Shown in pieces: positions 1 to 9,356 of a stretch of DNA of 64,000 bases. This DNA is from Myxococcales bacterium (lineage in GTDB: Bacteria; Myxococcota_A; UBA9160; SZUA-336), in assembly GCA_013215565.1 (NCBI GenBank), contig JABSQV010000023.1, positions 111,442 to 175,441 of the forward strand, given 5' to 3'. The notes beneath the pieces are model-generated. The model saw only the letters and a list, made by a program, of their open reading frames with translations. It was not told where the DNA came from and did no database searches. The number at the start of each line of letters is the position of its first letter. Within the stretch, counting starts at the first letter, position 1. A program made the translations under genes and the position numbers.

Positions 1-2
1 TT

Positions 3-203
3 CTCTACCTGCTCGAGTTTCTGGCTCAACTGGCTCCGCCGGGAGTCGGGCAGGAACTGATCCGCTACCTGGGCTTGAGTTCGCACTTCCAGCCCGCGCT
101 CGAGGGGGTGGTTCGTACTCAGGACCTCGTCTACTACGCGATTATCGTGACCTTCCTATTGGCCCTGATGCGCGCCGCGATCGAATCGCTGCGCTGGAGG
201 TAG
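3..203 (+). CDS. ABC-2 type transporter permease, C-terminal fragment (GldF-like); the gene begins upstream of the window
   Basis: Frame-3 translation ...LYLLEFLAQLAPPGVGQELIRYLGLSSHFQPALEGVVRTQDLVYYAIIVTFLLALMRAAIESLRWR* resembles the C-terminus of GldF-type ABC-2 permeases. Stop TAG at 201-203 lies immediately before the GldG-like gene. Confidence 0.5.
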   Translation, partial: LYLLEFLAQLAPPGVGQELIRYLGLSSHFQPALEGVVRTQDLVYYAIIVTFLLALMRAAIESLRWR

Positions 204-205
204 GG

Positions 206-1747
206 TTGGGTCTTCTCGCTGCGGTTCTGGGTCTCGTCTTTCTGTGCTTCGCGCTGATCGCGCTGGTGCTCGGCGCGCACCTCTGGGTGCTCTACCTGCA
301 CTTCGGCGCCGGCGCGGCGGCCCTTCTGTTCGCCGGGATCACCAGTTTCGGAGAGCTGCGCGAGCTGATGGGACGCGGCTCGAGCCGGCGGGGGATGCGC
401 TCGGGCGGGAATACCGTGCTCCAACTCGTCGCGCTGGGCGTGATCCTCGGATTGCTCGGCTTCCTGTCCGTTCGGCACTCCCTGCGCTGGGACTGGACCG
501 AGGGCAGCGTGCACACACTGAGTGCGGGGACGCTCTCGGTGCTCGAGCAGATTCCCGACGCGGAGCCGGTCGAGCTGCTCGTCTTTGTCACGCCCACGTT
601 GGAGCCCCAGTTTCGCAAGCTCCTGGACCTGTTCAGCTACGAGACCCCGAAGCTCGAGATCGAGTACGTGGATCCCCGCCGGAATCCCGGCCGCGCCGAG
701 CGTCACGAGGTTCGGACCGACGGGACGCTGATCGTCTGTGCGGGGCCCTGCGAGACGGCGTCGGGCACCGCGCGGGTCACGGCCGCGGGCGAGCCCGAAA
801 TCACGCGCGCCATCCGAAGCGTGATCTCCGAGAAGCGCAAGATCTACTTCGTGACGGGACACGGCGAGGCGGACATCGACGACGACGAAGCCGAAGGCTT
901 CTCGAGCGCCCGGGCCGCGCTGCGCGACGAGAATCTCGAGGTCGAGAGCCTGCTCCTCGCGGCCCAGGAGGAGGTCCCCGAAGACGCTGCCGCGCTGGTG
1001 ATTGCTGGCCCGGACCGCTCCCTGCTCCAGCGCGAACTCGGCGCACTGGATCGCTATCTGGCGCGCGGCGGCTCGGTCCTGTTCCTGGTGGACCCGATCC
1101 TGACGACGGGTCTCGAAGCGCCGCTTCGAGGCTGGGGCGTGGAACTCGGCCTCGATCTCATCGTCGACGAGCAGATCCAGCTGTTTGCCGGGCCCCAGAT
1201 CGGGGTCCAGCCGATCGTGAACTCCTACGCCGACCATCCGGTGACGGAGGATCTGGGAAATGAGCCGACCTCCTTCTATCTCGCGCGCTCGGTTCGGGCG
1301 AGTGATCCCGGAGACGAGCAGGTCGTCGAACTCGCCCTCACCGGACCCGCGAGTTGGGCCGAGACCGACCTGAAACTGTTCCTGGACGAGGGCAAGGTGG
1401 GCGTCGGGCCGGACGACCGCGTGGGTCCGGTCGCCGTCGCGCTGGTCCGGCGGCTGGCAGCCGCGGACGGGCAGGGAAAAGGGGCGCGACTGGCCGTTGT
1501 CGGGGACTCCGACTTCGGCCGCAACCGTCACATCGCCGAGTTCTACAACGCGGATCTGCTGCTGAACCTCGTAAACTGGCTGGTGGGCGACGAACAGTTT
1601 GCGACGATCGAGCGGAACCTGCCCCGTGCCTCGCTGGTCGCGCTGACACCCCGGGACGTCAACAATTTCCGCTACCTGTCGCTCTTCGCATTTCCGGAGG
1701 CGCTGCTCGTGCTCGGCATCTGGGTCTGGTGGCGCCGCCGAACCTGA
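206..1747 (+). CDS. ABC transporter auxiliary component, GldG-like (ABC-type uncharacterized transport system)
   Basis: 513-aa ORF with N-terminal TM helices, a large central domain and a C-terminal TM helix (YLSLFAFPEALLVLGIWVWWRRRT), the architecture of GldG/ABC_transp_aux proteins. It follows an ABC-2 permease and precedes a DUF4340-like gene. Start is ambiguous: TTG 206, GTG 266 or ATG 368 (ATG 368 gives a positive-inside N-terminus followed by a single TM). Codon third-position GC bias supports coding from 206. Confidence 0.65.
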   Translation: MGLLAAVLGLVFLCFALIALVLGAHLWVLYLHFGAGAAALLFAGITSFGELRELMGRGSSRRGMRSGGNTVLQLVALGVILGLLGFLSVRHSLRWDWTEGSVHTLSAGTLSVLEQIPDAEPVELLVFVTPTLEPQFRKLLDLFSYETPKLEIEYVDPRRNPGRAERHEVRTDGTLIVCAGPCETASGTARVTAAGEPEITRAIRSVISEKRKIYFVTGHGEADIDDDEAEGFSSARAALRDENLEVESLLLAAQEEVPEDAAALVIAGPDRSLLQRELGALDRYLARGGSVLFLVDPILTTGLEAPLRGWGVELGLDLIVDEQIQLFAGPQIGVQPIVNSYADHPVTEDLGNEPTSFYLARSVRASDPGDEQVVELALTGPASWAETDLKLFLDEGKVGVGPDDRVGPVAVALVRRLAAADGQGKGARLAVVGDSDFGRNRHIAEFYNADLLLNLVNWLVGDEQFATIERNLPRASLVALTPRDVNNFRYLSLFAFPEALLVLGIWVWWRRRT

Positions 1748-1751
1748 GTCG

Positions 1752-3188
1752 ATGAGCCTGCGCGGCAACCTCGCGCTCGTGGCCGTTGCCCTGATCCTGG
1801 GTGGCGGGGTCTGGTGGTTTGAGTTTCGCGGCGCAGAACAGCGGGCCGGTAAGGCTGCGGCGGCCCGCCGGATTCTCGGGATCGAGGCCGGGTCGGTGCG
1901 CGCGCTCGAAGTGCCGCTCGCGGGCGGTGAGCGTGCGCGCCTGGTGCGCGACCCGGGCGGCGCATGGCGGCTCGCGGCGCCGCTCGACTTTCCGGCCGAC
2001 CCCGCCGCGGTCGACGCGATCGTGCGGGCGCTGGCCGAACTCTCCTCCGAGGCGGTGATCGAGGACCCGCCCGAGGACCTGAGCCCGTTCGGGCTCGACG
2101 AGGGGCGCGGGAAGGTGCGGATCTGGGTGGGCGAGCAGGAGGCGCTCGAACTCTGGCTCGGGGCCGACACGCCTTTCGGGGGTTCGCGCTACGTGGCCGT
2201 CGACCGCGCACCCCCGCGCATCTTCACGGTCGCGCGCTTTCGCACCCAGGGACTGGCGCCCGAACTCGACGACCTGCGCGATCGCAGGCTGGGGCGATTC
2301 GACCCGGCCGAGGTGTCCCGGGTATCGCTCACGTCTCCGGCGGGCCTGGTCTTCCGGGCCGAGCGCACCGACCTCGGCTCCCCGCAGGCCTGGAAGATCG
2401 TGGCACCCCTCGAAACCGCGGCAGACGATCGCCGGCTCCGGCGGCTGCTCCAAGACCTCGCCTCGGCCCGGGCGACCGGTTTCGTCGACGCCCCCGCGGA
2501 GGGTCGCGGATACGGGCTTGCGCCGCCCGAGCGGCGGCTCGAGATCGAGACCGCAGCCGGAGTCTACGAACTCGAGCTGGGCCGCGAGGGTGGCAGAGTC
2601 TTCTTGCGCGGTTCCGGGGTTCCGGCGCTCCTCGAGGTGGAGGATCGGATCTTCAGAGCGGTGCCGGACGACCTGTTCGAGTACCGCGACAAGCAGGTCC
2701 TCCGACTCGAAGACCAGCGCGTGCGCCGCCTGACCCTCGAGTTTCCGCGAGACGGCCAGCGCTATGCCTTCGTCCGGGACGAGCGCAGCTGGAGTCCCGA
2801 GCGGGAACTCTCGACGCCCGTCGACTCCCTGCGGGTGGACGACGTGGTGTATGCGCTGCGCGACCTCGAAGCGACCGGACTCGAGGCAGCCTCGGGCCCG
2901 ATGGAGCTCGCCGGGCTGGGCCTCGATCCCCCGCTGGTGCGGGTCGTTCTCGAAGCCGCGGACGGCCAGGAACTCGGCTGGCTGGAGCTGGCCGGTCCCG
3001 AGCCCTCCGTCGGAATGGCGGCGCGCTCTTCTCAGAGCGGCCAGATCTGGCGGGTCCGAAACGACCTCGCCGAGGACGTGCCGATGGGGCTCGAGGCGTT
3101 CGAGAACCGCTTCCTGGAGGCGTCCATTGCCGACGACCCGGGCACTCCCTCCAGCTCGCCGTCCGACGCCGGTTCCGCGGGGCCCTAG
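1752..3188 (+). CDS. DUF4340-like protein (typical GldG-operon companion)
   Basis: 478 aa with an N-terminal TM helix (LALVAVALILGGGVWWF). Position immediately downstream of the GldG-like gene matches the conserved ABC-permease/GldG/DUF4340 arrangement. Confidence 0.55.
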   Translation: MSLRGNLALVAVALILGGGVWWFEFRGAEQRAGKAAAARRILGIEAGSVRALEVPLAGGERARLVRDPGGAWRLAAPLDFPADPAAVDAIVRALAELSSEAVIEDPPEDLSPFGLDEGRGKVRIWVGEQEALELWLGADTPFGGSRYVAVDRAPPRIFTVARFRTQGLAPELDDLRDRRLGRFDPAEVSRVSLTSPAGLVFRAERTDLGSPQAWKIVAPLETAADDRRLRRLLQDLASARATGFVDAPAEGRGYGLAPPERRLEIETAAGVYELELGREGGRVFLRGSGVPALLEVEDRIFRAVPDDLFEYRDKQVLRLEDQRVRRLTLEFPRDGQRYAFVRDERSWSPERELSTPVDSLRVDDVVYALRDLEATGLEAASGPMELAGLGLDPPLVRVVLEAADGQELGWLELAGPEPSVGMAARSSQSGQIWRVRNDLAEDVPMGLEAFENRFLEASIADDPGTPSSSPSDAGSAGP

Positions 3189-3967
3189 CGGACGGGCCCT
3201 GAGGCGCCGAGCACCTCGAGCATCACCCGGTGGAGGGCTCCGTTCGAGGCGACACAGGCCTCGGGCGTCGCGGGGCCGCCCTCGAGGTCGCTCAGGCGTC
3301 CGCCCGCCTCCTCCACCAGCAGAAAGCCCGCGGCCACGTCCCAGGGGTGCAGGTTTAGCTCCCAGAATCCGTCGAAGCGCCCGCACGCGACGTAGGCGAG
3401 ATCGAGCGCCGCCGAGCCTGCACGGCGCACGGCCTGCGCGCGTTTGATAAAGCGCGCGAAGTGATCGAGGTTGTCGATCTGGGCCTGGTGCACGTCGTAG
3501 GCGAAGCCGGTTCCCAGCAGCGCGCGCTCGAGCTGGCCGATCTCGGAAACTCGGATCGGGATCCCGTCGAGCCACGCGCCCGAGCCGCGCAGCGCCGAAA
3601 ACAGCTCGTCCTTGATCGGGTCGTAGACGACGCCGGCGACCGCTTCGCGCGCGTTCTCGATCCCGATCGAGACGGCGAAGTGCGGGAAGCCGTGTGCGTA
3701 GTTCGTGGTTCCGTCCACGGGGTCGATCACCCAGCGGAACTCGCCTGGGCGCTCGTGGGCGCCGCTTTCCTCGCTGAGCACGCTGTCCTCGGGCCGGCTC
3801 GCGCGGATGCGTTCCAGGATCAGGGCCTCGCAGGCGTGATCCACGTCGGTCACGAGATCGATCCGGCTACTCTTGGTCTCGATCGTACGCACCTCGTGGA
3901 AGCGGTCCCGCTGCAGCGCGCCCGCCTCACGCGCGATCGCCACCGCGAGTTCGAGCAGCTCTTTCAC
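3185..3967 (-). CDS. suhB: inositol monophosphatase family protein
   Basis: 260 aa carrying the IMPase motifs ...WVIDPVDGTTNYAHGFP... and ...WDVAAG.... Confidence 0.85.
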   Translation of the reverse strand: MKELLELAVAIAREAGALQRDRFHEVRTIETKSSRIDLVTDVDHACEALILERIRASRPEDSVLSEESGAHERPGEFRWVIDPVDGTTNYAHGFPHFAVSIGIENAREAVAGVVYDPIKDELFSALRGSGAWLDGIPIRVSEIGQLERALLGTGFAYDVHQAQIDNLDHFARFIKRAQAVRRAGSAALDLAYVACGRFDGFWELNLHPWDVAAGFLLVEEAGGRLSDLEGGPATPEACVASNGALHRVMLEVLGASGPVR

Positions 3968-4797
3968 GGACTTCCCGAGGGCTCGATCCCGAACGCGGCC
4001 CGGGCCCGCTTCGCAGTCAGCCGGGCCACCTGGTCGGCGGGCCGGCCGTGCAGTTCGGCCAGACAGCGGACGACCCGGGTCACGAACGCGGGCTCGTTGC
4101 GCTTGCCCCGGTAGGGCACGGGCGCCAGCAGCGGAGCGTCGGTCTCGACCAGCAGCCGATCCAGCGGGAGGTTCCGGGCCACCTCGCGGAGTTCCCGCGC
4201 GTTCTCGAAGGTCAAAATCCCCGAGAAGGAAATGTCGAAGCCGCGCTCGAGACAGGCCTCAGCGAACGGGGCATCTCCCGTGAAGCAGTGGATCACGCCC
4301 CCCGCCTCGCGCGCGCCCTCGTCGTCAAAAATTTCGATCAACTCCTCGAACGCGTCGCGCGAGTTTGCGCTCGGGCGTACGTGAATCACCAGCGGGAGCC
4401 CGTGGCTGCGAGCGAGCGCGATCTGGGCGCGCAGGCAGTCGCGCTGCGTATCCCGGGGCGAGTACTCGTAGTGGTAGTCGAGCCCGCACTCGCCGACGGC
4501 CATCACCCGGCGGTGATGCAGCCAGCCCTCGATCGCGCGCTCCGCCCGCGAGTTCCAGAGCGAGGCGTCGTGTGGATGGACCCCGACGCTGGCCCACACG
4601 TCCCGGTGCTCGTCCGCGAGCGCGACGGCGCCGGCATTCGCCTCGATTCCGTAGCCTGCGCCGACCGCCAGCACACCCTCGACGCCCGACGCGCGTCCGC
4701 GGTCGAGCAGGGCGGCGGCTTCGGGCAGTAACTCGGGCGCCCCGATGTGCGCGTGGCTGTCGAAGCTTCCGGGGAGCGCGATCTCTGCGCCGCTCAC
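3964..4797 (-). CDS. tatD: TatD family metal-dependent hydrolase (DNase)
   Basis: SFDSHAHIG near the N-terminus, with ...GECGLDYHY... and ...VETDAPLLAPVPYRGKRNEPAFV.... GTG start at 4797 overlaps the metG stop in a GTGA arrangement. The 557-aa ORF in the track is an upstream extension running antisense into metG. Confidence 0.8.
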   Translation of the reverse strand: MSGAEIALPGSFDSHAHIGAPELLPEAAALLDRGRASGVEGVLAVGAGYGIEANAGAVALADEHRDVWASVGVHPHDASLWNSRAERAIEGWLHHRRVMAVGECGLDYHYEYSPRDTQRDCLRAQIALARSHGLPLVIHVRPSANSRDAFEELIEIFDDEGAREAGGVIHCFTGDAPFAEACLERGFDISFSGILTFENARELREVARNLPLDRLLVETDAPLLAPVPYRGKRNEPAFVTRVVRCLAELHGRPADQVARLTAKRARAAFGIEPSGSP

Positions 4798-6320
4798 TCG
4801 GACTCGATTCTGGGAAAGAGCGGCTCGCCGGGCCGGGTCGCACTGCCCGGGCTCAGCTGTCCCCATGCGAGGTCTCGCGAGAGCGTCCCCTCGTGTGGCG
4901 CAGCCCCGAGCGCCGCCAGGATCCGTGGGCCGGCCTCGGGCAGGAACGGTTCCACGAGCACCGCGATCACGCGCAGCGCTTCGAGAATCTCGTAGAGCAC
5001 CGTCTGCAGGCGCTCGCGCTCCGCCGGCTCGCGCGCGAGTTTCCAGGGCGCCTGCCGGTCGATGTACTTGTTCGCGGCCGAGACCAGTCCCCAGAGCGCG
5101 ATCAGGGCATCGCGCAACGAGAACGCCTCGATCGCGTCGTCGACCTCGCTCGCGGCCCGCTCCGCGGCGGCGCGCAGGTCCCCGCCTTCGCCCACCGGCT
5201 CGGGAACTTCGCCGTCGCAGTAGCGGCCGACCATGCCGAGGCTTCGACTCAGGAGGTTTCCGAGATCGTTGGCGAGGTCCGCGTTGTAACGGGCCACCAC
5301 GGCTTCTTCCGAGAATTCTCCGTCGAGGCCGAAGGGAAGTTCCCGCAGCATGTAGTAGCGGAGCGCGTCGAAGCCGTACTTGTCCTTGACCGCGAGCGCG
5401 TCGACCAGGTTCCCGAGGCTCTTGGAGATCTTCTGCGAACCCAGGTTCCAGTAGCCGTGCACGTGGAGGCCCCGGTAGAGCGGGAGCCCGGCCGCGTGCA
5501 GCATCGTGGGCCAGAAGATTGCGTGGGGTTTCAGGATATCCTTGGCCGTCAGATGGTGGACGGTCCCCCAGCGTTCCTTCCAGCCGTCCTGGTCGGGGTA
5601 GCCGGCCCCGGTCAGGTAGTTCACGAGCGCATCGCACCAGACGTAGAGCACGAACTTCTCGTCAAAGGGCAGGGGGATCCCCCACTCGAGCCGCTCCCGC
5701 GGGCGCGAGATGCAGAGATCCCCGAGCGCCCCGCTCTCGAGCAGCGCGAGGGCTTCGTTGCGGAAGCGATTCGGGGTGACGAGTTCCGGGTTGCGGCGGA
5801 GTTCGTCGATCCACCAGTCGAGGTGGCTCGACATCCGAAAGAAGTAGTTGGACTCGGTCCGTTCCTCGGGCTCGACGAGATGCTGGGGGCACTTTCCGTC
5901 TACGAGTTCCCGCTCGGTCAGGAACACCTCGCAGCCCACGCAGTAGCTGCCGGTGTAGTCCTTGAACTCGATCTCTCCGCGCTCCTGCAGTTGCTGCCAG
6001 AAGTGCTGCGTGGCCCGGATGTGGTCGTCGTCGGTGGTGCGGATGAAGCGGTTCGGGGTGAGACCCAGTTCCTGCCAGGTGGCATTGAACTGGGGAGAGA
6101 TTCGGTCCACGAACTGTTGCGGGGTCAGCCCCTCTGCCTCGGCAGCCTGTGCGATCTTCTCGCCGTGCTCGTCGGTTCCGGTCAGGAACAGCGTCTCTTC
6201 GCCCCGCGCGCGGTGGTAGCGGACCAGCGTGTCGGCGTAAGTGGTGGTGTAAGCGCTGCCCAGGTGAGGCGGCGCGTTCGGGTAGTAGATGGGCGTCGTC
6301 AGGTAAAAGTGCTGCGGCAT
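4794..6320 (-). CDS. metG: methionine--tRNA ligase (short form without C-terminal tRNA-binding domain)
   Basis: MPQHFYLTTPIYYPNAPPHLGSAYTT... (HIGH-type motif), the Zn knuckle CVGCEVF...GKCPQH, and KISKSLGN (KMSKS). ATG at 6320. The track ORF extends 290 codons further upstream with no homology. Confidence 0.95.
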   Translation of the reverse strand: MPQHFYLTTPIYYPNAPPHLGSAYTTTYADTLVRYHRARGEETLFLTGTDEHGEKIAQAAEAEGLTPQQFVDRISPQFNATWQELGLTPNRFIRTTDDDHIRATQHFWQQLQERGEIEFKDYTGSYCVGCEVFLTERELVDGKCPQHLVEPEERTESNYFFRMSSHLDWWIDELRRNPELVTPNRFRNEALALLESGALGDLCISRPRERLEWGIPLPFDEKFVLYVWCDALVNYLTGAGYPDQDGWKERWGTVHHLTAKDILKPHAIFWPTMLHAAGLPLYRGLHVHGYWNLGSQKISKSLGNLVDALAVKDKYGFDALRYYMLRELPFGLDGEFSEEAVVARYNADLANDLGNLLSRSLGMVGRYCDGEVPEPVGEGGDLRAAAERAASEVDDAIEAFSLRDALIALWGLVSAANKYIDRQAPWKLAREPAERERLQTVLYEILEALRVIAVLVEPFLPEAGPRILAALGAAPHEGTLSRDLAWGQLSPGSATRPGEPLFPRIESE

Positions 6321-6436
6321 TCTCGGGCGAGTGTAGCGAGCGGCGCGCACGGTCGCCGCGACGATTGCCGAGGTCGGGGTGGCGTCGCGCCCCGTGGGGC
6401 CCGGCGCCCGTCGGCTCGCGCCGCCGTGCTCGCTGC

Positions 6437-7375
6437 CTAGGCTTCCTTCAGATCGAGCAGCAGGTTCTCGACGAGGATCTGCGGATTCAGGTTGCGGCGC
6501 TGGAGTTCCCGTCGGGAACTTGCGGCTGCCTCGATTCGGTCGAGCCAGCCCACGAGGCCGGGGTGGTTGCGCTTGTCGGCGGCGGCCTCTGCAGCCCTGC
6601 GCGCCACGGCGTCGAAAACGGAGAGCAGGAGTTCTGTCCTGGGGCGGCTCTTCTCGGTGGGCCCGCGGAAGCTCTCGGCGAAATCGAGGATCTCGGAGAC
6701 GCTGGCTTCCTGCACGCGTGCCAGGAACTCGCACATCTCGAGCGCTGGCTCGAGGTTCAGGTCCGCCCACTCGCGGGCCGCGCCGTGGCTGCCGCCCCCG
6801 ATCTCGGCTGCCAGCCAGGCTGCTTCTTCGGAGAGTCCGTCGGCCAGAAGCAGCTCGATGAGTCGGGCCGCGGCTTCGGGCGCGAAGCGCACCAGCGTGG
6901 TCCGGGACCGGACCGTGGACAGAAGCGCATTCGAGCGCTCGGCCACGAGGACCAGCGTGGTTGCGTCCGGGGGCTCTTCGAGCGTCTTCAGCAATGCGTT
7001 GGCGGCTTCGACCCTCAGCCGATCCGCCTCGAAGATCAGGACCACGCGGTGGCCGCGTTCGTTCGAGACCAGGCTCAGGCCGCGTTGCAGCATCCTGATC
7101 TGCTCGACGCGGATGAAGGCTCCGTCCGGGCGGACGATCTGCAGATCCGGGTGAACCGGATCCGCTGCTTCCGTCGCCAGGATGCGACACGAGCGGCAGC
7201 TGCCGCAGGGGTCTTCCTGCGTGCTCCGGCAGAGCAGCAGCCGTGCGAACCAGAGCGCGATCTCGCGCTTTCCGGTCCCGAGCTCTCCGCAGAACGCGTA
7301 GGCCCCGTGAATTCGCCCGCTGCTGCGGGCGCGCCGGAGTTCCCGGCGGACTCCTTCGAGGCGGTCGGAGGTCAT
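6437..7375 (-). CDS. holB: DNA polymerase III subunit delta'
   Basis: 312 aa: HGAYAFCGELGTGKREIALWFARLLLC (AAA+ P-loop), a Zn module CGSCRSC, and ...LKTLEEPP.... Position adjacent to metG is conserved. Confidence 0.8.
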   Translation of the reverse strand: MTSDRLEGVRRELRRARSSGRIHGAYAFCGELGTGKREIALWFARLLLCRSTQEDPCGSCRSCRILATEAADPVHPDLQIVRPDGAFIRVEQIRMLQRGLSLVSNERGHRVVLIFEADRLRVEAANALLKTLEEPPDATTLVLVAERSNALLSTVRSRTTLVRFAPEAAARLIELLLADGLSEEAAWLAAEIGGGSHGAAREWADLNLEPALEMCEFLARVQEASVSEILDFAESFRGPTEKSRPRTELLLSVFDAVARRAAEAAADKRNHPGLVGWLDRIEAAASSRRELQRRNLNPQILVENLLLDLKEA

Positions 7376-7526
7376 GCGGCCATTATCTCAAGCCGACGAC
7401 CATTTGGCCGATAGGCAGCAGGTGCGCAGAACTCAGAAAGCGCTGAAGAGATTGGACCGGACGTGGGCGCTGGGCCGTCGCTCGTCGCAGGAAGCTCCGG
7501 CGACCGCGGAGACGAAAGGAGATGGC

Positions 7527-8048
7527 ATGGGTTTTCAGGATGCGAAGAAGGGCAGCAGCGAGGCTGCGAGCGTACGCCGCCCGGCGGGGTCGGGGCCGCT
7601 GACGGCATTCATCGACCAGGGATCCGAGTTCTCGGGCAAGCTGTGTTTCAAGGATACGGTCCGGATTGACGGCAAGCTGGAGGGTGAGATCACGAGCGAC
7701 AATACCCTCATCGTGGGCGAGACCGGGGAGATCCGGGCCAGCATCGTCTCAGAAGTCGTGATCGTATCGGGGCTCGTCGAGGGGGATGTCGTCGCCAACC
7801 GCCAGCTCACGCTTCAGAAGACCGCGCGTCTGCACGGCGACGTCCAGACCGGGAGCCTGCTCGTCGAGGACGGGGCGGTTCTGAACGGCACCGTCAAGAT
7901 GGGCGGGAGCCCCAGGCAGACGAGGCCGGTCCTGCCGGAAGCCGGCGGCCCGGCGAAGTCGTCGCAGACACCCGGCCAGGCCTCCCGGACCGACCCGAAG
8001 GCCGGCCAAGCCGTCGCCGGGGGCACCAAGGGCCCACTCAAGAACTGA
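7527..8048 (+). CDS. bactofilin family cytoskeletal protein
   Basis: MGFQDAKKGSSE... followed by a beta-helical bactofilin (DUF583) repeat core (TLIVGETGEIRASIVSEVVIVSGLVEGDVVANRQLTLQKTARLHGDVQTGSLLVEDGAVLNGTVKMG) and a Pro/Gly/Lys-rich C-terminal tail. Strong SD AAGGAG 6 nt upstream of ATG 7527. Confidence 0.8.
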   Translation: MGFQDAKKGSSEAASVRRPAGSGPLTAFIDQGSEFSGKLCFKDTVRIDGKLEGEITSDNTLIVGETGEIRASIVSEVVIVSGLVEGDVVANRQLTLQKTARLHGDVQTGSLLVEDGAVLNGTVKMGGSPRQTRPVLPEAGGPAKSSQTPGQASRTDPKAGQAVAGGTKGPLKN

Positions 8049-8092
8049 GCCGGCCGCTTGCGCGGCTCCGAGGCTCTGCGTAGGCTCCGCGT

Positions 8093-8764
8093 GTGCGGGT
8101 ACGCGTGCTCCTGTTCGCGGGGCTTCGGGAAACAATCGGCCGGAAGGAAGTCGCGCTCGACCTGCCCCCGGAAGCGACCCTGGGCGATGCCGTCGTCGAA
8201 CTCGAGCGCTGCTGGCCCGCGCTGGCCGGATCCCGGCGCCGGCTCCTGGTCTCGCTGAACGCCGAGCGGGTGCCCCTGGATCGGCCACTCGCGGATGGAG
8301 ACGAGGTTGCGCTGCTGCCGCCCATGAGCGGGGGTTCGGGCGTGCAGGCGGGCGCGCTGCAACTCCTGGCGGAGCCGCTCTCCCTGGATCGTCTGATCGA
8401 TCGGGTGAGAGGGCCGGAGCGCGGTGGAATCGTCACCTTTACGGGTGCCGTGCGGAAACACTCCCGGGGCGAGACGATCGACCACCTAGAGTACGAGGCG
8501 TACGAACCGATGGCCCTCGGCGAGATGCAACGGATCGCGGACGAGGTCGGGGCGCGCTGGCCCGGGGTCCGGCTCGCGATCGCGCACCGGGTCGGGCGGC
8601 TCGAGATCGGGGACGCGGCCGTGATGATCGCGGCGGCGGCGCCCCACCGGGCCGAGGCCTTCGAGGCTTGCCGCTACGCAATCGACACGCTGAAGCGGAC
8701 CGTTCCGATCTGGAAGAAGGAGTTTGCCGAGAACGGTGCCTACTGGGTGGACGAGAACCCATGA
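8093..8764 (+). CDS. fused molybdopterin synthase sulfur-carrier (MoaD) and catalytic (MoaE) subunit, MoaX-like
   Basis: N-terminal ~82 aa is MoaD-like and ends in the diglycine ...LLPPMSGG. The remainder is MoaE (GIVTFTGAVRKH...LEYEAYEPMA...IAHRVGRLEIGDAAVMIAAAAPHRAEAFEACRYAIDTLKRTVPIWKKE). GTG start; ATGA overlap with moaB. Confidence 0.8.
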   Translation: MRVRVLLFAGLRETIGRKEVALDLPPEATLGDAVVELERCWPALAGSRRRLLVSLNAERVPLDRPLADGDEVALLPPMSGGSGVQAGALQLLAEPLSLDRLIDRVRGPERGGIVTFTGAVRKHSRGETIDHLEYEAYEPMALGEMQRIADEVGARWPGVRLAIAHRVGRLEIGDAAVMIAAAAPHRAEAFEACRYAIDTLKRTVPIWKKEFAENGAYWVDENP

Positions 8765-9279
8765 GCGACGCCGACAGCGCCCCTCACCAGCACCGCGCGT
8801 ACGCGCCCGATTCCGTGAACTGCTGGGTGCTCACGGTGAGCGACAGCCGCTCTGCCGCAAGCGACAGCTCGGGAAGGCTCATCGAGGAGAAGCTCGAGGC
8901 CGCCGGTCACCGGGCCCTGTCGCGCAGCATCGTGCCGGACGACCCCGAGGCGATCCGGAGCGCCCTCGAGCGCGCGATCGCGCTTCCGGAGGTGGACGCC
9001 GCGCTCGTCACGGGGGGCACCGGCGTGTCGCCGCGGGACCGGACGCCGGAAGCCGTGGCGCCACTGCTCGACAAGCTCCTGGACGGCTTCGGCGAGCTCT
9101 TCCGCGCGCTCTCCTTTGTGGAGATCGGGCCCGCCGCAATGCTGTCCCGGGCCCTCGCCGGCACCGCGGGCCGGACCGTCATCTACGTGATGCCGGGATC
9201 GAGGGCCGCGGTGGCGCTCGCCCTGGACCGCCTGATCCTTCCCGAGATCTGCCACCTCGTCGGACAGTTGCGCCGCTAG
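8761..9279 (+). CDS. moaB: molybdenum cofactor biosynthesis protein B (MoaB/MogA family)
   Basis: ...VLTVSDSRS...GRLIEEKLEAAGH...ALVTGGTGVSPRDRTPEAV...IYVMPGSRAAV.... Confidence 0.8.
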   Translation: MSDADSAPHQHRAYAPDSVNCWVLTVSDSRSAASDSSGRLIEEKLEAAGHRALSRSIVPDDPEAIRSALERAIALPEVDAALVTGGTGVSPRDRTPEAVAPLLDKLLDGFGELFRALSFVEIGPAAMLSRALAGTAGRTVIYVMPGSRAAVALALDRLILPEICHLVGQLRR

Positions 9280-9356
9280 CCCGGGTCCTCGGGCAGCGCG
9301 GCGACGACCTCCGGGCTGTGCTTCAGGCGCCCCGGGCGGCTTCCGAAGAAGCTCCC

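Noticed and set aside
134-2170. 678-aa minus-strand ORF antisense to the GldG-like and DUF4340 genes
   Set aside because: Arg/Ala/Pro-rich low-complexity translation with no recognisable domain; a typical high-GC antisense artefact. The sense-strand genes have clear family architecture.
1659-3575. 638-aa minus-strand ORF overlapping the DUF4340 gene and suhB
   Set aside because: Same artefact class (RRAPGPDRQPRSL... composition). The true suhB occupies the 3' part in another frame.
4365-6440. 691-aa plus-strand ORF antisense to metG
   Set aside because: metG on the minus strand has unmistakable class-I aaRS motifs; the plus-strand translation is low complexity.
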